A DNA stretch of 64,000 nt from the human T2T-CHM13v2.0 reference genome, Homo sapiens (GCF_009914755.1 NC_060938.1), one strand, 5' to 3'. Positions 36,614 through 51,584 are shown, numbered from the stretch's first letter. Notes: generated from the letters alone by a model not told the origin. Translations and numbers: made by a program.

Positions 36614-36994
36614 TGTGATGGGTAGAATCATGTCCCCCCAAAATTTACATGATGAAGCCCTAACCCCTAATACCTCCGAATGTAACTATTTGGAGATAGG
36701 GTTTCTAAAGAGGTAATTAAGTTAAAATGAGGTCATTCAGGTGGGACCTAATTCAATCTGACTGTTGTCCTTATAAGAAATTAAGATGGAGACACATGCA
36801 AAAGAAAGGCCATGTGAGGACACAAGAGACGGTGGCCATCTAGAAGCCAAGGAGAGAGGCCTCAGGGGAAACCAACCCTACTGACACCTTGATCTTGGAC
36901 TTCTGGCCTCCAGAACTGTGAGCAAATAAATGTCTGTCATTTGGGCCCCCCGCTCTGTGGTGCTTTGTCATGGCAGCCCTGGCAGATCAAGCGA
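36614..36994 (+). mobile_element. MLT1A0/B solo LTR
   Basis: TGTGATGGGTAGAAT..GAAGCCCTAACCCC...CACCTTGATCTTGGACTTCTGGCCTCCAGAACTGTGAG. Confidence 0.9.
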
Positions 36995-38224
36995 TTGTGG
37001 TTGAGAAGCCAGAATCCCAGCCAGCCACGTTTGTCCAGGGCAGTGGTTTGGTGCATTTCACTGTGGAGTGAAGGGTGGCTCTTGCCAGAACCTCTGGAGC
37101 TCGCATGTGGCTCCATCAGCTGTGAACCCCAGGCCATTTTCCTCACTGATTTTTGGTATCGATTCTAGGCCCAATGTGTGACTCCTATTTGTCATTTACT
37201 GAATGAAACACCAAGAGAAGAACTTGGGGCTGGCCTCCTTTCTCTTTCCCCCAGCTCCAACACACAGCTTGGAAGCCCATCACAGACCCCCAATCTCTGG
37301 CCGGATGCCTGATCCACCAAGCACTCGGTCCCTACACAGGAAAGTTGGATTTCCCTGCAAATCTGATTCTTTCCAGAAAGTTTCTTCCTTCTTCTTCTCC
37401 TCCCAAATGTGCCCTGGAAGGGATATGGGTACGTCTAATATTGCACAATAAACGTCTGCAACGAACACCAGAGGCAGTCCATGGTGCCTGCCCAGAACGG
37501 AATCCCAGCCTGCCTGTGCTCCTCCATACCTGTTCACGGGGTGACCCAGCCATGCTTCCTGGGCTCCCGTGGCATGCACTCCACATCAGCACCCAGAATG
37601 CCTGCAGCAGGAGGCTATGCCAGGGCACTGGGCACAGCCAAGCCCAGCCCATGTCCTTGCCCCCTGCCCGTTCTCATGTGGTTCTCCCCGAACTGGTGCT
37701 TGATGTTTTGCTCTAATTTTTCCTTTCGTGGGGTGTTTCATTCCTTCATCTTCCCTTTGGTCTGAACCCCTTGTTCTGAAGGGACAGAATGCTGTCTTGG
37801 GTAGACCTGAGCAGCCTTGTGCAGACTGGAAAGAAACCTGGCTGTGATGTTTTCCAGCCACATGATCTTGAGAAAGTCACTTTCCAATCTGTGCCTCAGT
37901 TTCTCCCTCAATGAAGTGGAAAGAACCTTGTCACCTTGAAGAGTGTCTGGGAAGATGGATAATAAATAAGAGATAACAAATAACATAACACCAGCCCGTA
38001 AAGGTACAAATCAGGATGCCAGGCCATTTCCTGTCTCATTGAACCTCACACCAACATGCTCTCAGCATCCCCAGGCTAGAGACAATAAATAACTACTCCA
38101 GGAGGGGAAATGGCAGGTGCAAGGGGCAGAGCTACTCACATATTTGAAAGGGGCTTTGAGAATTAGAAAGAACTTACAGATGTAGGGAGTTTAACTGGAC
38201 CTATAAGACCACAAGTTCTGGGGA

Positions 38225-38500
38225 AAGGTGGTCTGGGTTTGAAGCTCACCTGGGTCTTGTCCTAGCTATATTACCTTGAACAGGTTATTCAAACTTTCTG
38301 TGACTCAGTTTCCTCATCAGTAAAATGGGAATAATAATAGTACCTACCTCACATGATTGTGTATGAAGTTCAAATGCATCAATCATACAAAGCACTTAGA
38401 GCAGGGCCCTGGACACAGAATGACTCAATAAAAGTCAGCTGTGATTACTGTTTTTATTATTATCATCATCGTTATTATTACCATCATCTGTATTATTATT
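38225..38500 (+). mobile_element. MIR, near-complete 3' half with (TTA/TCA)n tail
   Basis: CTCAGTTTCCTCATCAGTAAAATGGGAATAATAATAGTACCTACCTCACATG...AAAGCACTTAGA. Confidence 0.88.
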
Positions 38501-39336
38501 TTAAAAAGAGCACTAGACAGGGAGTCAGAGGACTCAGGAGTCCTGGTTCTTGAGGCAGCTTGGCTTGCAATGGTGAGAACACGGGTTTTGGGGTCAGACA
38601 GGTTTAGATCCCAGGCCCATTCTGGCCCATGCCTGCCGAGTCGCCCTCGGGTGCCTGAGCTGTGGTTTCATCTGTAAAGTGAGGCTGAGCAGCCCCGGGG
38701 TCCAGGCAGGGCCCCAGGACGACATGCACAGAGCCACTCAGGAAGTGCCAGTCACTGGATACAGAAGGCTCAGGGGCTGTCGCTGCAGCTGTCACTGTTG
38801 CTCGTTCACAGCTAAGAAGGGTTGGACAAAGTTGGAGCCACCCAGGCAGGGTCCCATAGTTCTAGGATCAAGCGGGAAGCTCGGGTCACATGGGCCTCTC
38901 TACCCTCCAGCCAAGGGCATGACAACCACTGGGGACCTTTTCCTTCTACTGGCCAGTCTGCAGAGCGAGAGACTCTCCCAATTACCAGCAAGTGTGAGGC
39001 TCCCTATCTGGGCAACTGCACAGCACTGACCTGCCTGACCCCAAAATTGCGGCATCTTCCTCCCAGGAAGGACCTTGGAGGCCCTTTCTTTCATGTTTAC
39101 TTAAGACCCAGGAGCATCTGAAGGGAGCATTTGAAAAAAAGCATGCATCATTGTTTTTGTCAGCAATGTAATGATAGAAAAAAAGGAAATATAAAGCAAT
39201 ACCCCAAAGTGAGGGAAAAACACCATATCACATGACCTGATAATACCTAATTATTACAATTCTGGGAGCTTTAAAATGCTTGGGGGTCAAAGACAGAGGA
39301 GAAAGGCCAAGATTACATTACCTGGAAGTATACTTA

Positions 39337-39722
39337 ATATATGATGGAATACTACTCAGCCATAAAAAGGAATGGATTAATAGCATTCACAGTGACCTGG
39401 ATGAGATTGGAGACTGTTATTCTAAGTGAAGTAACTCAAGAATGGAAAAACAAATATCATATGTTCTCACTAATAAGTGAGAGCTAAGCTACGAGGATGC
39501 AAAGGCATAAGAATGACACAATGGACTTTGGGGACTCAGGGGGAAAGGGTGGGAAGGGGGTGAGGGATAAAAGACTACAAATTGTGTGCAGTGTATACTG
39601 CTCGGGTGATGGGTGCATGAAAATCTCACAAATCACCACTAAGGAACTTACTTATGTAACCAAATACCACCTGTTCCCCAATAACCTATGAAAATTTAAA
39701 AAATTAAAAATAAAATAAAATA
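39337..39722 (+). mobile_element. L1PB1-like 3' end
   Basis: GGATGCAAAGGCATAAGAATGA..GGACTTTGGGGACTC...CTCACAAATCACCACTAA...A-rich tail. Confidence 0.92.
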
Positions 39723-40528
39723 GAAAATATATTCTTAAAAAAACAGCATCTTTGGCATTTGAGAGCTGAGGAAGAAGAGGATGGGGGACAGTAATGCTCA
39801 GAGGACCACACCTCTGGGCCTGAGAAAAGGCGCTACCTGACCAACTGCCAGCATCAGAGAGCAGAGCCCCTGAGACCAGAGGGAAGACACTTGAGGCAGA
39901 TGCTACAATCATGCCAAAGGTTGCCCTCCAACTGGGTGTGCTTCATAGATTCCATGCAGTTCCATCCCAGAGCATGGCAGAGACCAGCTCGGAAAGATGA
40001 GAGGACCTACTGTGTGCTGGACACTGTATGTGCACATCCCCAAGGAAGCCTCCCAGATAGCTCGCTAAGCAGCAATTGTAGGTTCATTTTTTGAAAGTGA
40101 AAACACAGCTAACAGCAAATGAGAAGTAGGCAGGCTTGGTCCCATGACAACGCACTGATTGAGGGCTTATTGCATTTGGGGTCTGGGGTGATCCCCAGGA
40201 TGCAAAGGTGAATAAGATGAATTGGACCTAAGTTTGTCCTTGGGTAGCTCAGGCCTACCAGGGACAACCTCAGTAACCGAGCATGACAAAGAGGGTGGCA
40301 GGCTCTAGGATGGACACCTTACCGATTACAGAAGTACAGATGGCAGGTCCTGCTCAGAAGAGGCTACGTGAGCCAGATCTTGATGGAAGAGGATGTTTAC
40401 CCAGAAGAAGTAACATTGCAAGCAGCAGACCGTACCCAGCTCACAGACTTCATTTGGCTGCCAATGTTGAAAAATGTTTAGAGGAGGGTGAACCTTTAAA
40501 GACCAGATTTACATAAGATCTGGCAACT

Positions 40529-41154
<626 letters not shown>

Positions 41155-41922
41155 CACAATTCTAGCAACCCAGGACCTGCTTAGCTACATGACTTCAATC
41201 AACTGGAGCTAAACAACAGACATCCCAGTTTAGACGGTCATCTCAACGTACAGGGTCCCTACCCCACCCTGCCACACTGCACCCCATCAGCTTTATTCCC
41301 CATGCGTGGTGCCTGCAGACATTTGCATTTGCGCTTTCTAAGACCACAGACTTTAACTAAGCCATTAATCAAGCTCTTTTTGTTTTGTACGGAAAGTTGT
41401 TTTATTTAACATGTTACATATGGCATTCAACCAGAAACACCCAGAAATCCATGAATCCCACTTCCCATTGTACAGAAGGAAACACAGTGGCCAGGGAGGC
41501 AAAGAGCTGTGGCCTACCTTTCACATTCATTTTGCATTTAATGGAACCACACAGCAACTCTACCAAGTAGGTGCTGGGCATTTTGCAGCAGCCCAAACAA
41601 GGCTTTGAGAAGTTGGGAGGCTTGCCCAAGTTCACCCAGCTAGTAAGAGTCAGAGCTTGGACAGGACCCAGGAGTTCTGACTCCATATCCAGTGCTTTGC
41701 TCACCACACCACAAGGGCTGCCTCCCATGTAGAAAGGGCTGTGGAGGACAACAGAGAGTCAGAGAGTCAGAGACCCAGGGAGGCCAAAAAACACAGAGGG
41801 TCCGATGTCACCCAACTGTCAACAGTAAAAGCGGTCAGCTGATGCTCAAACAGTTTGCATCTGTTCCACGGCATTTTTCTGAAACCCCCAAAGCATAAAG
41901 TATGTAGGAAAATGTTCTATTT

Positions 41923-41928
<6 letters not shown>

Positions 41929-41960
<32 letters not shown>
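41929..41960. repeat. (CA)16 microsatellite
   Basis: Uninterrupted CA. Confidence 0.98.
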
Positions 41961-41962
<2 letters not shown>

Positions 41963-42519
41963 GTCACATTGTTATAGGCCTGTTCTTTGGGACACACTTG
42001 AGCATCACCAGCCCCCCACAGCCTGGAGACAGCCGAGCAAGCATCCGCCCTGGGCCACCAAGGGACTTTTGTTTCGTATTAAACCAATCTGGTCTAGATT
42101 AGAGATAAGTGGGAATAATTCCTTCAAATGAAAACGCAAAATCTTTGAACAGAATCTGCCAGTCCACAGTCATGAGAGGCCAGAGCCTTGGGCGTCTAAG
42201 TCCATGACACGTGCAGGCATCTGTCCCCGGCAGGAAGAAGGGAAAATATCAGAGAGAGGGATTGTGATCCTTTGTGATTAGGTGGGATCTCAATGATACC
42301 TCTCCCCACTCAGATAATCATAGAATGAATGAGTCATTCATTCAACCCTTGGCCTGGTTCAGGCTGTGCAAAGCAACAGAGGCACAGCCCTTCCCTGTGG
42401 GGACTTCCAGTCTAGTGGGCAGAAAGACACAGACAGGAGGGACTGCAGAAGGCTCTCGAAGCTGCTCTCACAGCTGCTTCCCCAAAATGTGTCCCTGCCG
42501 TGCTTCTCATCAGACGGCC

Positions 42520-43280
42520 CCGTCATTCACCCAGGTGGTCAAGTCTGATGCCTGAGCCGAGCTGCACCTGAACCTTCTGTCTCTTGCACCTTCCACTTCC
42601 AAGACAGAAGACCATCATCCTGGCTGAACTCCAGCATCAATTTCTGCTCCCATTGCCTCTCCCTTTCCCCTCCTCCTGGTCTGTACCTTTGTTCAGGCTG
42701 TTCATCTCTCCCCTGGACCTCGGCCGCAGCCCTGTCTCTGGATCCCCCTGCTCCCGGGTTCCACGCCACCCTCGGAGGGGTCTTTCAGAGGCTGTAGGTC
42801 AATCTCCTCCCAGCTTCAAATCCTTCAAGGACTTCTCATTGCTCTTAGAATAAAATCAAAATCTCCTGTCATAGTTGGCCCTTATGGTCCCCAAAATGGA
42901 CACATGGCTCCCCGACCCCATGCAATGGCTCACTCACCCACACACCTCAACGGCACCAAGGGGTGCTCACCACAGGGCCTTTGCCCTACTGCCCCCTCGG
43001 CCTCAGTGCCTTACCTGCATTCTCAAAACTGCCTGACTCCTCACTCCCCCTAGACCCCGCTGAGTGTCTGCTCCTTGGGGAGGCCTTCCTTGTCTACCTT
43101 CTATAAAAGAAATTGGAGTTGTGACAGCTTTATTATGCCTGCAGCACTTGAAACACACTTTCCTGTGGCTTAGTTATTTGTGTGTATGTGTCTGTTTGTG
43201 TCTCTGTCTTCCCCACTAGACCAGAAGCTGCTTGAGGGCAGGAACAAGATCTGCTTTAACACCTCAGGCATGGCTTAGAA
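42520..43280 (+). mobile_element. L2 3' region
   Basis: CTTCTCATTGCTCTTAGAATAAAATCAAAATCTCCT, CAGGGCCTTTGC, CCCCACTAGACCAGAAGCTGCTTGAGGGCAGG. Confidence 0.8.
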
Positions 43281-43284
43281 TGGT

Positions 43285-43855
43285 CAGAGTAACAGAATCG
43301 TTGAAATGGGCCAGAACTCACTGGGTCCAGTGCCCCAGGAAATACTGGAATCCCCTTTGAAGCTCCTTAGAGGCAACTGTTTCTCAACTGCCCGGCTGCC
43401 TCCCATGGCAGGAAACCCATGTTCTCCCAAGGACGCTGATCCTATCCTTAAATGACTTTGATGACTGAGTAGGTCTTTCTCACATGGAGCTTTGCCTTCC
43501 TGCAACATCTTCTTTCTGGGCCTCCTTCCCTCCTGTAGAACCTGCCATGGTGAGCTGCTTCTCCATCCCTGTAAGGGCACTCCAGTTACTTAAGGATGGT
43601 GCTCTGGCTTATTCCATATTTTCTCAAGCGTAATCTCAGGTCCTCTAACTCTACTCCTCACAGGACTTCCCTTGGAATTCTTGGAGTATCTTGGTCACCA
43701 CTCCTTGGACCTGCTTATACTTTTAAAAAATGTTCTAAACATTTTAGCCAACTGACCCAATACTCCAGATATGGTCTGAGTAGCACAAAGTAGAATTTTC
43801 AGCTCCCTTATCATAGAGACTATACTCCTGTTATTGCAACCCAAGTATACACTAC
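43285..43855 (-). mobile_element. L3/CR1 LINE 3' fragment
   Basis: Minus-strand translation near 43752-43795 gives FYFVLLRPYLEYWV, matching the CR1 ORF2 motif LYxALVRPHLEYCVQ. Confidence 0.8.
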
Positions 43856-43864
43856 TTTGGCAGA

Positions 43865-44670
43865 TATTTGTGGTCAGGTTTCCCAGAAATGGAGTAGGGA
43901 CTTATTAGAGAGGTTTTCCTGGAGGAAACTAGTAAGAGACTGTGGTAAGGAGGGCATCAAAAGGAAGAAACCTAGCAAGGCTGTGACCACAGCCAAAGCC
44001 CTAGGAAGGTGTATTAGTTTGTTCTCACACTTCTATAAATAAATACCTGAAACTGGGTAATTTATCAAGAAAAGAGGTTTAATTGGCTCATGGTTCTGCA
44101 GAATGTACAAGTAGCATGGCTGGGGAGGCCTCAGGAAGCTTTCCAGCATGGCGGAAGAGGAAGGGGAAGCAGGCTCGTCCTATATGGCCAGAGCGGAAGG
44201 AAGAGATAAAGAAGGGGAGAGATGCAACACACTTTTAAACAACCAGATCTCATGAGAATTCACTCTCACAAGAATAGCACACGGTAAGTCCACCTCCACA
44301 AAACAGTCACCTCCCACCAGGCCCCTCCTCCAACATTGGGGATTACAGTTCCACATGAGATTTGGGTGGGAACACACAAATCCAAACCATATCAAAAGGG
44401 CAGCCTCAGACTGACCCTGCAGGGGAGCTCTGGAGTAATAATTACACCTTCGAGTTTGTCAGACTTGAGCCAGGGAGCTGGGCTCTCATACTCCCTCACT
44501 GGTCAGCCCTTGGCTAAGGAAACCCCAAAGGGTCATAACCTCCCAGGCAGTCCCTCTTCTCTTCCGGGAATGGCAAAGCAGCTCCAGTAGCCTGAAGGCA
44601 GACCCCAGAGAGGGGCACAGATGCAGAAAGTTAGAGACCAAAGCACTGAAGCCAAGAGAAGGGCGCATCT
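43865..44670 (-). mobile_element. ERVL LTR16-like LTR interrupted by MST
   Basis: GGTCAGGTTTCCCAGAA start; GCCTCAGACTGACCCTGCAGGGGAGCTCTGGAG after the MST. Confidence 0.6.
44010..44394 (-). mobile_element. MSTA-like solo LTR
   Basis: TGTATTAGTTTGTTCTCAC...AATCCAAACCATATCA; TSD GAAGG/AAAGG. Confidence 0.93.
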
Positions 44671-45619
44671 GAGCTCTGCTCTGTTCTGTTATTGTACAGT
44701 TTTCATCTTAGACATAAACATGAGACTACATGTTCATCCTTGCATCCCTCAACTTCCAATGACATCTGAACTTCTAACTCTCAGTGACATCTAGCAAGTC
44801 AAGATAATGTTAAATAGTGTTTCTCCCACCCGGCACAGTCGCGTTGACTCGTGCTTTCATTCCATGGGCAAATCTGCTGCAGATTTGACTGCTTTTTATC
44901 GAATGCCTACTATCTCCATAGCGTAGCATCAGCCCTTCTTGCATTTTTTTACAGCTTTGTTTGAGACGAGAACTTCCAGAATGCTCACCACGTCCATGAA
45001 GAAGCATTGCCCTTTGTGGCTCAGAACCTGCATCTCACCATAGCTGACCCACAGGCAGACGCCCTGGAGAGGAGCCTTACCCAGGACGGGAACACACCAC
45101 CAAGGAACCCCGAGGAATCAGTGAAGGATGCATAGCTCCCGTGTGATCTTTAAGATAAAGATGCTACTTATCCCAATACTTGTCATGGCAGCGTGGCCCA
45201 GGGCCTAGAGGCTGTGGGACATGGAAACTGTCTCCAAGATGGAATGGCCTCTAGAATGCCTGAGATGATAAATGTGAACAATGATGCACACTAATGTCCT
45301 AAGAAATGACCAGGCCCCTTGTAGTTGCTCAAACGAAGGATATATACCTGAAGTGAGGATATGAATCATGCCTACTTCAGAGAGCCACCGTGAGGATTAC
45401 AGGGGACACCCTGAGAACAGTGACCCCATCCGTGTGCACAATGAGTGGGAAGCACCTTGTAACTGTCATTCCTGTATCTACCTGGTTCACAGGCTCTCTT
45501 ACTCTGATTTTTAAATCCTTTCTTGAGGACAGTTTTTTTTAAGCCCCCTTCGTAATTGGGTAAGAATTCAGATAAGACAAAGAAAACAAGTGGATACATT
45601 TAGACCAAAAAAAAAAAGA

Positions 45620-45780
45620 AGATTGTTTAACTCTGGATTACAGTCACACAATGGTCCAACAAATTTCACATCATAAACTGTGACAGACCCCACGTTAATT
45701 TTTAAGGTCAATATTGAAAACAACAACTTTCTAATGAGATTAAAAACATGGAATAATTGAACAGGCAATTAAGTGAATAT
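45620..45780. promoter_or_regulatory. Candidate developmental enhancer (homeodomain/MEIS/SOX motif cluster)
   Basis: Repeat-free; TCATAAA + TGACAG, TAATGAGATTA, ACAATGG, GGATTA, CAATTAAGTG within 160 bp. Confidence 0.4.
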
Positions 45781-46189
45781 CCTGTGCTTTACCTCACCCT
45801 AAATTTGTCATATTCAACATTTCTTCTAAAGGGTAGAATAGGTTTGTCGGACCCAGTGATATTTTCCTCCAGTTGAATGGAACTAAAACCATAGCACCAT
45901 AGGATCTCAGCAGCAAGGGGACAGGAAAGTTATCATCTAGCCTGAATCTCTCATTTCAAGATGGCCCATCTCAGATGCGGAGAGGGAAAGGGAGCTGCTT
46001 GTGCCTCATTGTTGCTGGCAACATCAGGACCTGAATCCACAGACATTTTGTCCCAGGTCTCTTACAGTTTGAAAAGGTCATGACTTAATTGAGCACAGGG
46101 CTTGAAGCTCCTTTGAGGCAATTGGAAAGCTCTCTGAGCAAGGCACTCAGCCCTTTAAAGCCTGTGGCCTTCACATGTGAGTAAAAAAG

Positions 46190-47685
46190 AAGAAGACACC
46201 AGAACAATCTTGAAAAAGAAGGATGACGTCGAAGGACTCACACTTCCTAATTTCAAAACTTGCTACAAAACTGCATTAATCAAAACAGTATGGTACCGGC
46301 ATAAGGATAGACACATAGATCAATGAAACAGAAATGAGAATCCAGAAACAAGCCTTTATATTTATGGTCAATTGATTCTTTACAAGGGTGTCAAATAGTT
46401 AAACAGAAAGAATAGACTTTTCAATAAATGATGCAGGGATAACTGGATAGCCCCATGTAAATGAGCAAAGTCTGACCCCTCCTTCATACATATATAAAAA
46501 TTAATTCAAAATGGACCAAACACCTAAATATAAAAGATAAAACTATAAAACTCTTAGAGGAAAAAGTAGGAGTAAATTTTTATGAGCTCGAGATAAGCAA
46601 TGTTTTCTTAGCTCCAACAATAAAAGCATGAGCAATAAAAGAAAAAAGTAGTTAAATTGGACTTTATCAAAAGTTAGGACTTTTATGATTTAGACTTCTA
46701 TCAGGAAAGTGAAAAGACATCCCAAAGGATGGAAAACTACATTTGAAAATTATATATCTGATACAGGACTTGTTTCCAGAATATACAACAAACTCTTTCA
46801 ACTCCATAGTAAAAGCTTATATAACACAATGTTTAAATGGGCAAAGGATCTGAATAGGCATTTCTCCAAGGATGATACACAAATGACCAATAAAGACATG
46901 AGAAAATGCTCAGCATCATTAGTCATCAGAGAAATGCAAATCAACACCACAATGAGACACTGATTTCACACCCAGTAGGATGGCTGGAATCAAAAGGATG
47001 GACAATAACAATTGTTGTTGACAATACAGAGAAGTCTCATAGCAGGCGAGAGTATAAATGGTGCAGTTACTTTGGAAAAGAATTGGCAGTTCTTCCAAAT
47101 GTTAACTGTACAGCTACTGTATGACTCAACAATTCTATTTCTAAATTACACCCACAAGAAATGAGCACATAGATCACACAAAAACTTATACATGGATGTT
47201 CAAGCAGCATTATTCATTGTCTATATTCCAAAATAAATAAAACATGAAAACAACCCAGTGCCCATCAACTGATAAATAGACAAATAAAATGTGGTATATT
47301 CACAAAATGGAACGCTATTTTGCAATAAAAAGCAATGAAGTTCTGATACATGTTACAACATGGATGAACCTTGAAAACATTACACTAAGTGAAAGAAGCC
47401 AGTCACAAAAGACCACATATTACATGATTTAATTTATTTGAAATGGCCAGCACAAAAAAATGCATAGAGACAGAAATAGAACAGTAGTTCCCTACAGTGG
47501 GGAAAATGGAGAAGGATGTTACTGGATACAGGGTTTCTTTTTGGAGTGTAGAAAATGTTCTAAAATCAGATTGCAGCAATACTTGGGTAACTCAGTGAAT
47601 TTACCAAAAACCAATGAAGTGTGTACTTTAAATAAGTGAACTGTATGTATGCAAATTATGTTTCAACAAAGCTATTCTTTTTAAA
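46190..47685 (+). mobile_element. L1MB (MB7/8-like) 3' 1.5 kb, ORF2 remnant + 3' UTR
   Basis: ORF 46709..46963 ([42 protein letters not shown]) is the L1 ORF2 C-terminal region; stops and frameshifts upstream. Confidence 0.93.
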
Positions 47686-47820
47686 TGGAAGAGATACATT
47701 TAAGCATTCATTCATTCGTGATTCAACATTCATTGAATTATTCTATTCTAGATTATGGACTACTGTAATGAATCTACCCTACATAAATACCCTACTTACT
47801 AGTGGATGATAGAGACATTA

Positions 47821-48036
47821 AGCAAATAAACAAACTACAGTCCAAGAGCCAAACCCAGCCCATCACCTGTTGTTATAAATAAAGTTTTATTGACACCCAG
47901 CCATGCTCATTTATTTACATATTGTGTTTAGATATTTTATGCCACAACAGCAGGAATGAATAGTTGCAACAGAGACCATATAACTCATAAAGACAAAAAT
48001 ACTATCTGTTCCTTTAAAGAAAATTTGCCAATTCCT
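47821..48036 (+). mobile_element. MER58A hAT-Charlie element
   Basis: CAAACTACAG...CCTGTTGTTATAAATAAAGTTTTATTG...GTTGCAACAGAGACC...TTTGCCAATTCC. Confidence 0.85.
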
Positions 48037-48250
48037 TTAATAGAAAGTCAGGTAATGAGATGGGCTGAGTCCGAATAAAAGAGGGTAAGAGGACAGTGAG
48101 TGACATGAGCTGCTGTTTCAGGCAGATGAGTCAGAAGGCCTTTCTGAGCAGTGATACTGGAGTGGAGTCCCTAATGAGAATGGGACTGGGGTGAGTCATG
48201 TGACCACCTAGATGAAAAGTGGTCCAGGAAGAGAGAACAGACGGCACAAT

Positions 48251-48595
48251 TATATTAGTCTATTTTCACGCTGTTGATAGAGACATACCCAAGACTGGGC
48301 AATTTACCAAAAAAAGAGGTTTAAAGAACTCACAGTTCCACATGGCTGAGGAGGCCTCGCAATCATGGCAGAAGGCAAAGAGGAGCAAGTGACGTCCTAC
48401 ATGGATGGCAGAAGGTAAAGAGAGAGCTCATTCAGGGAAACTCCCCATTATAAAACCATCAGATCTCATGAGACTTATCACAACAACAGTGCAGGAAAGA
48501 CACGCCCCATGATTCAATTACCTCCCACCAGATCCCTCCCATAACATGTGGGAATTCCAGATGAGATTTGGGTGGGTCACAGCCAAGCCATATCA
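48251..48595 (-). mobile_element. THE1B-like solo LTR
   Basis: TATATTAGTCTATTTTCACGCTG...CAGCCAAGCCATATCA; flanks ACAAT/ATGAT. Confidence 0.93.
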
Positions 48596-49958
48596 ATGAT
48601 GGGAGCCACTGAGGCAAGACTGTGTCCCAGGAGCCAAAGGAGCTACAGGAGTCACAGGAAGGAATATCAGTACCAAGAGGGCCACACCCATAGCACCAAC
48701 CCAAGCTTGGAGATAAATGAAATCATTTCAGAAAATCTTAGGAAACCTGACACTAGGAGGCATTTCACTTTGGGGGGCAAGAGACTCTTAACCAAAGAGT
48801 CACCAAAAGTCATTGATGGTGAGTGGATTGGATGAAGCTATACTTTAAAGCAGAAAGGCCAAGCTCATCAACACTGGTCTCCCAGGCCAGCAGAAGCTGT
48901 TGCAGGATGCAGAGGACTGCTGGGGGTGACAGGCAGCAATAGCTATGGGGGACCTAAGTTAGAAACGTCCCTTTGTCACTTACTGGCTGTGTGCTGCCAT
49001 GATGGATTTGTTTATATATGTTATTATTATAATAAGGATTTATTACCTTATTATCTCCAGCAAGGCCCTTCCTTCTCTTGAGTTCCAGCTTCCTCTGATG
49101 GGAATGATAATCATATTTCCTCCTCAATACATACACAATCACCCACCCTGAGACCAGACACTGACACTTCCTCAGTTTGTGCCCTTGAAGCCGAAAATGG
49201 CTGATAGTCAGGGGTAGCCAGCAGGGTTTACAATCCTGAAGGTTAACTCCTCTTGGAATGTCACAAATCTCCCCCACAACTGGCAAATAAACACCCCAAG
49301 CAGAGGCGTGGATACACTCTCCTGCCTAATCCAGGATAAGAAAAACACAAATATCACCACTTCACATCTGCAAGCCTCCAAAAAAATAAATAAAATAACA
49401 CGCTAGAGGATGCACTGAAAATCCCAAATTGCATTTACTCAGAAGGTCCGTTTGGAGTCAATGTCCAGAATGTTTTGGAAATATGTCCAGAGGCTTCTTT
49501 CATTTCATGGTATGACCGGGGCGTTCTTTTCTATTCACCTCGTATGCCTGCAGGAGAATGAGAATGCACCATGCAGGCATTGTGCTGGCCGAAAGGAACC
49601 AGACGGCTTTAAGGCACGGGAGACCTGTAGGGCGGTGTCTGCATCCGTGAGTGAGCCAAAGATGTGTTTGTCTCCTGTTGGATAATTTGGAACATCAGGA
49701 AACCTCACCCCATTGTTATTTTAACAGCAAATAATTCCACTGGAGCTGAGAGGAAGAGTCTAGAGACAACTGCTCTGTCCACTCTGCCCTGGAGGAATCT
49801 TTAGTGCCCCAAGTCCTCAGAGATACCTCCTCCGCCTTTCAAAGATTGGTACCATGACAAAATCCAGTCTGGAGTCCAGAAGTGCTGTGCTTTCTGGACT
49901 CCAAGGGCCTCCTCTATACTGCAACAGAGAGTGGCTGCGATCTTCACTGGAAATTCTC

Positions 49959-51093
<1,135 letters not shown>

Positions 51094-51209
51094 CTCTGCT
51101 GACTTGCTTTTCCTGAATCTCATGACACCCATGATCCACCTGGGAACCATTCTTAATCTCAAGCCCAATATATTTCCTAAAGCTAAAGAACTTTTTGGTC
51201 AAAGGAAGC

Positions 51210-51584
51210 TGTATTAGTCAGTTCTCATGCTACTTATAAAGACATACCTGAGACTGGGTAATTTATAAAGAAAAGAGGTTTAATTGACACACAGTTCTGC
51301 AGGGCTGGGGAGACCTCAGGAAACTTACAATCATGGTGAAAGGGGAAGCAAACACATCCTTCTTCACATGGCAGCAGCAAGGAGAAGTGCCAAGCAAAAG
51401 TGGGGAAACTACCTTATAAAACTATAAGATCTCATGAGAACTCACTATCATGAGAATACCAGCATGGGGGTAACCACACTCATGGTTCAGTTACCTCCCA
51501 CTGGGTCCCTCTCACAACCCATGGGGATAAGGAGAACTGCAATTCAAGATGAGAATTGGGTAGGGACACAACCAAACCATATCA
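51210..51584 (-). mobile_element. THE1C/D solo LTR
   Basis: TGTATTAGTCAGTTCTCATGCT...CAACCAAACCATATCA. Confidence 0.93.

Noticed and set aside
46709-47124. ORFs with clear protein similarity
   Set aside because: Decayed L1 ORF2 C-terminus with stops and frameshifts; not a host gene.
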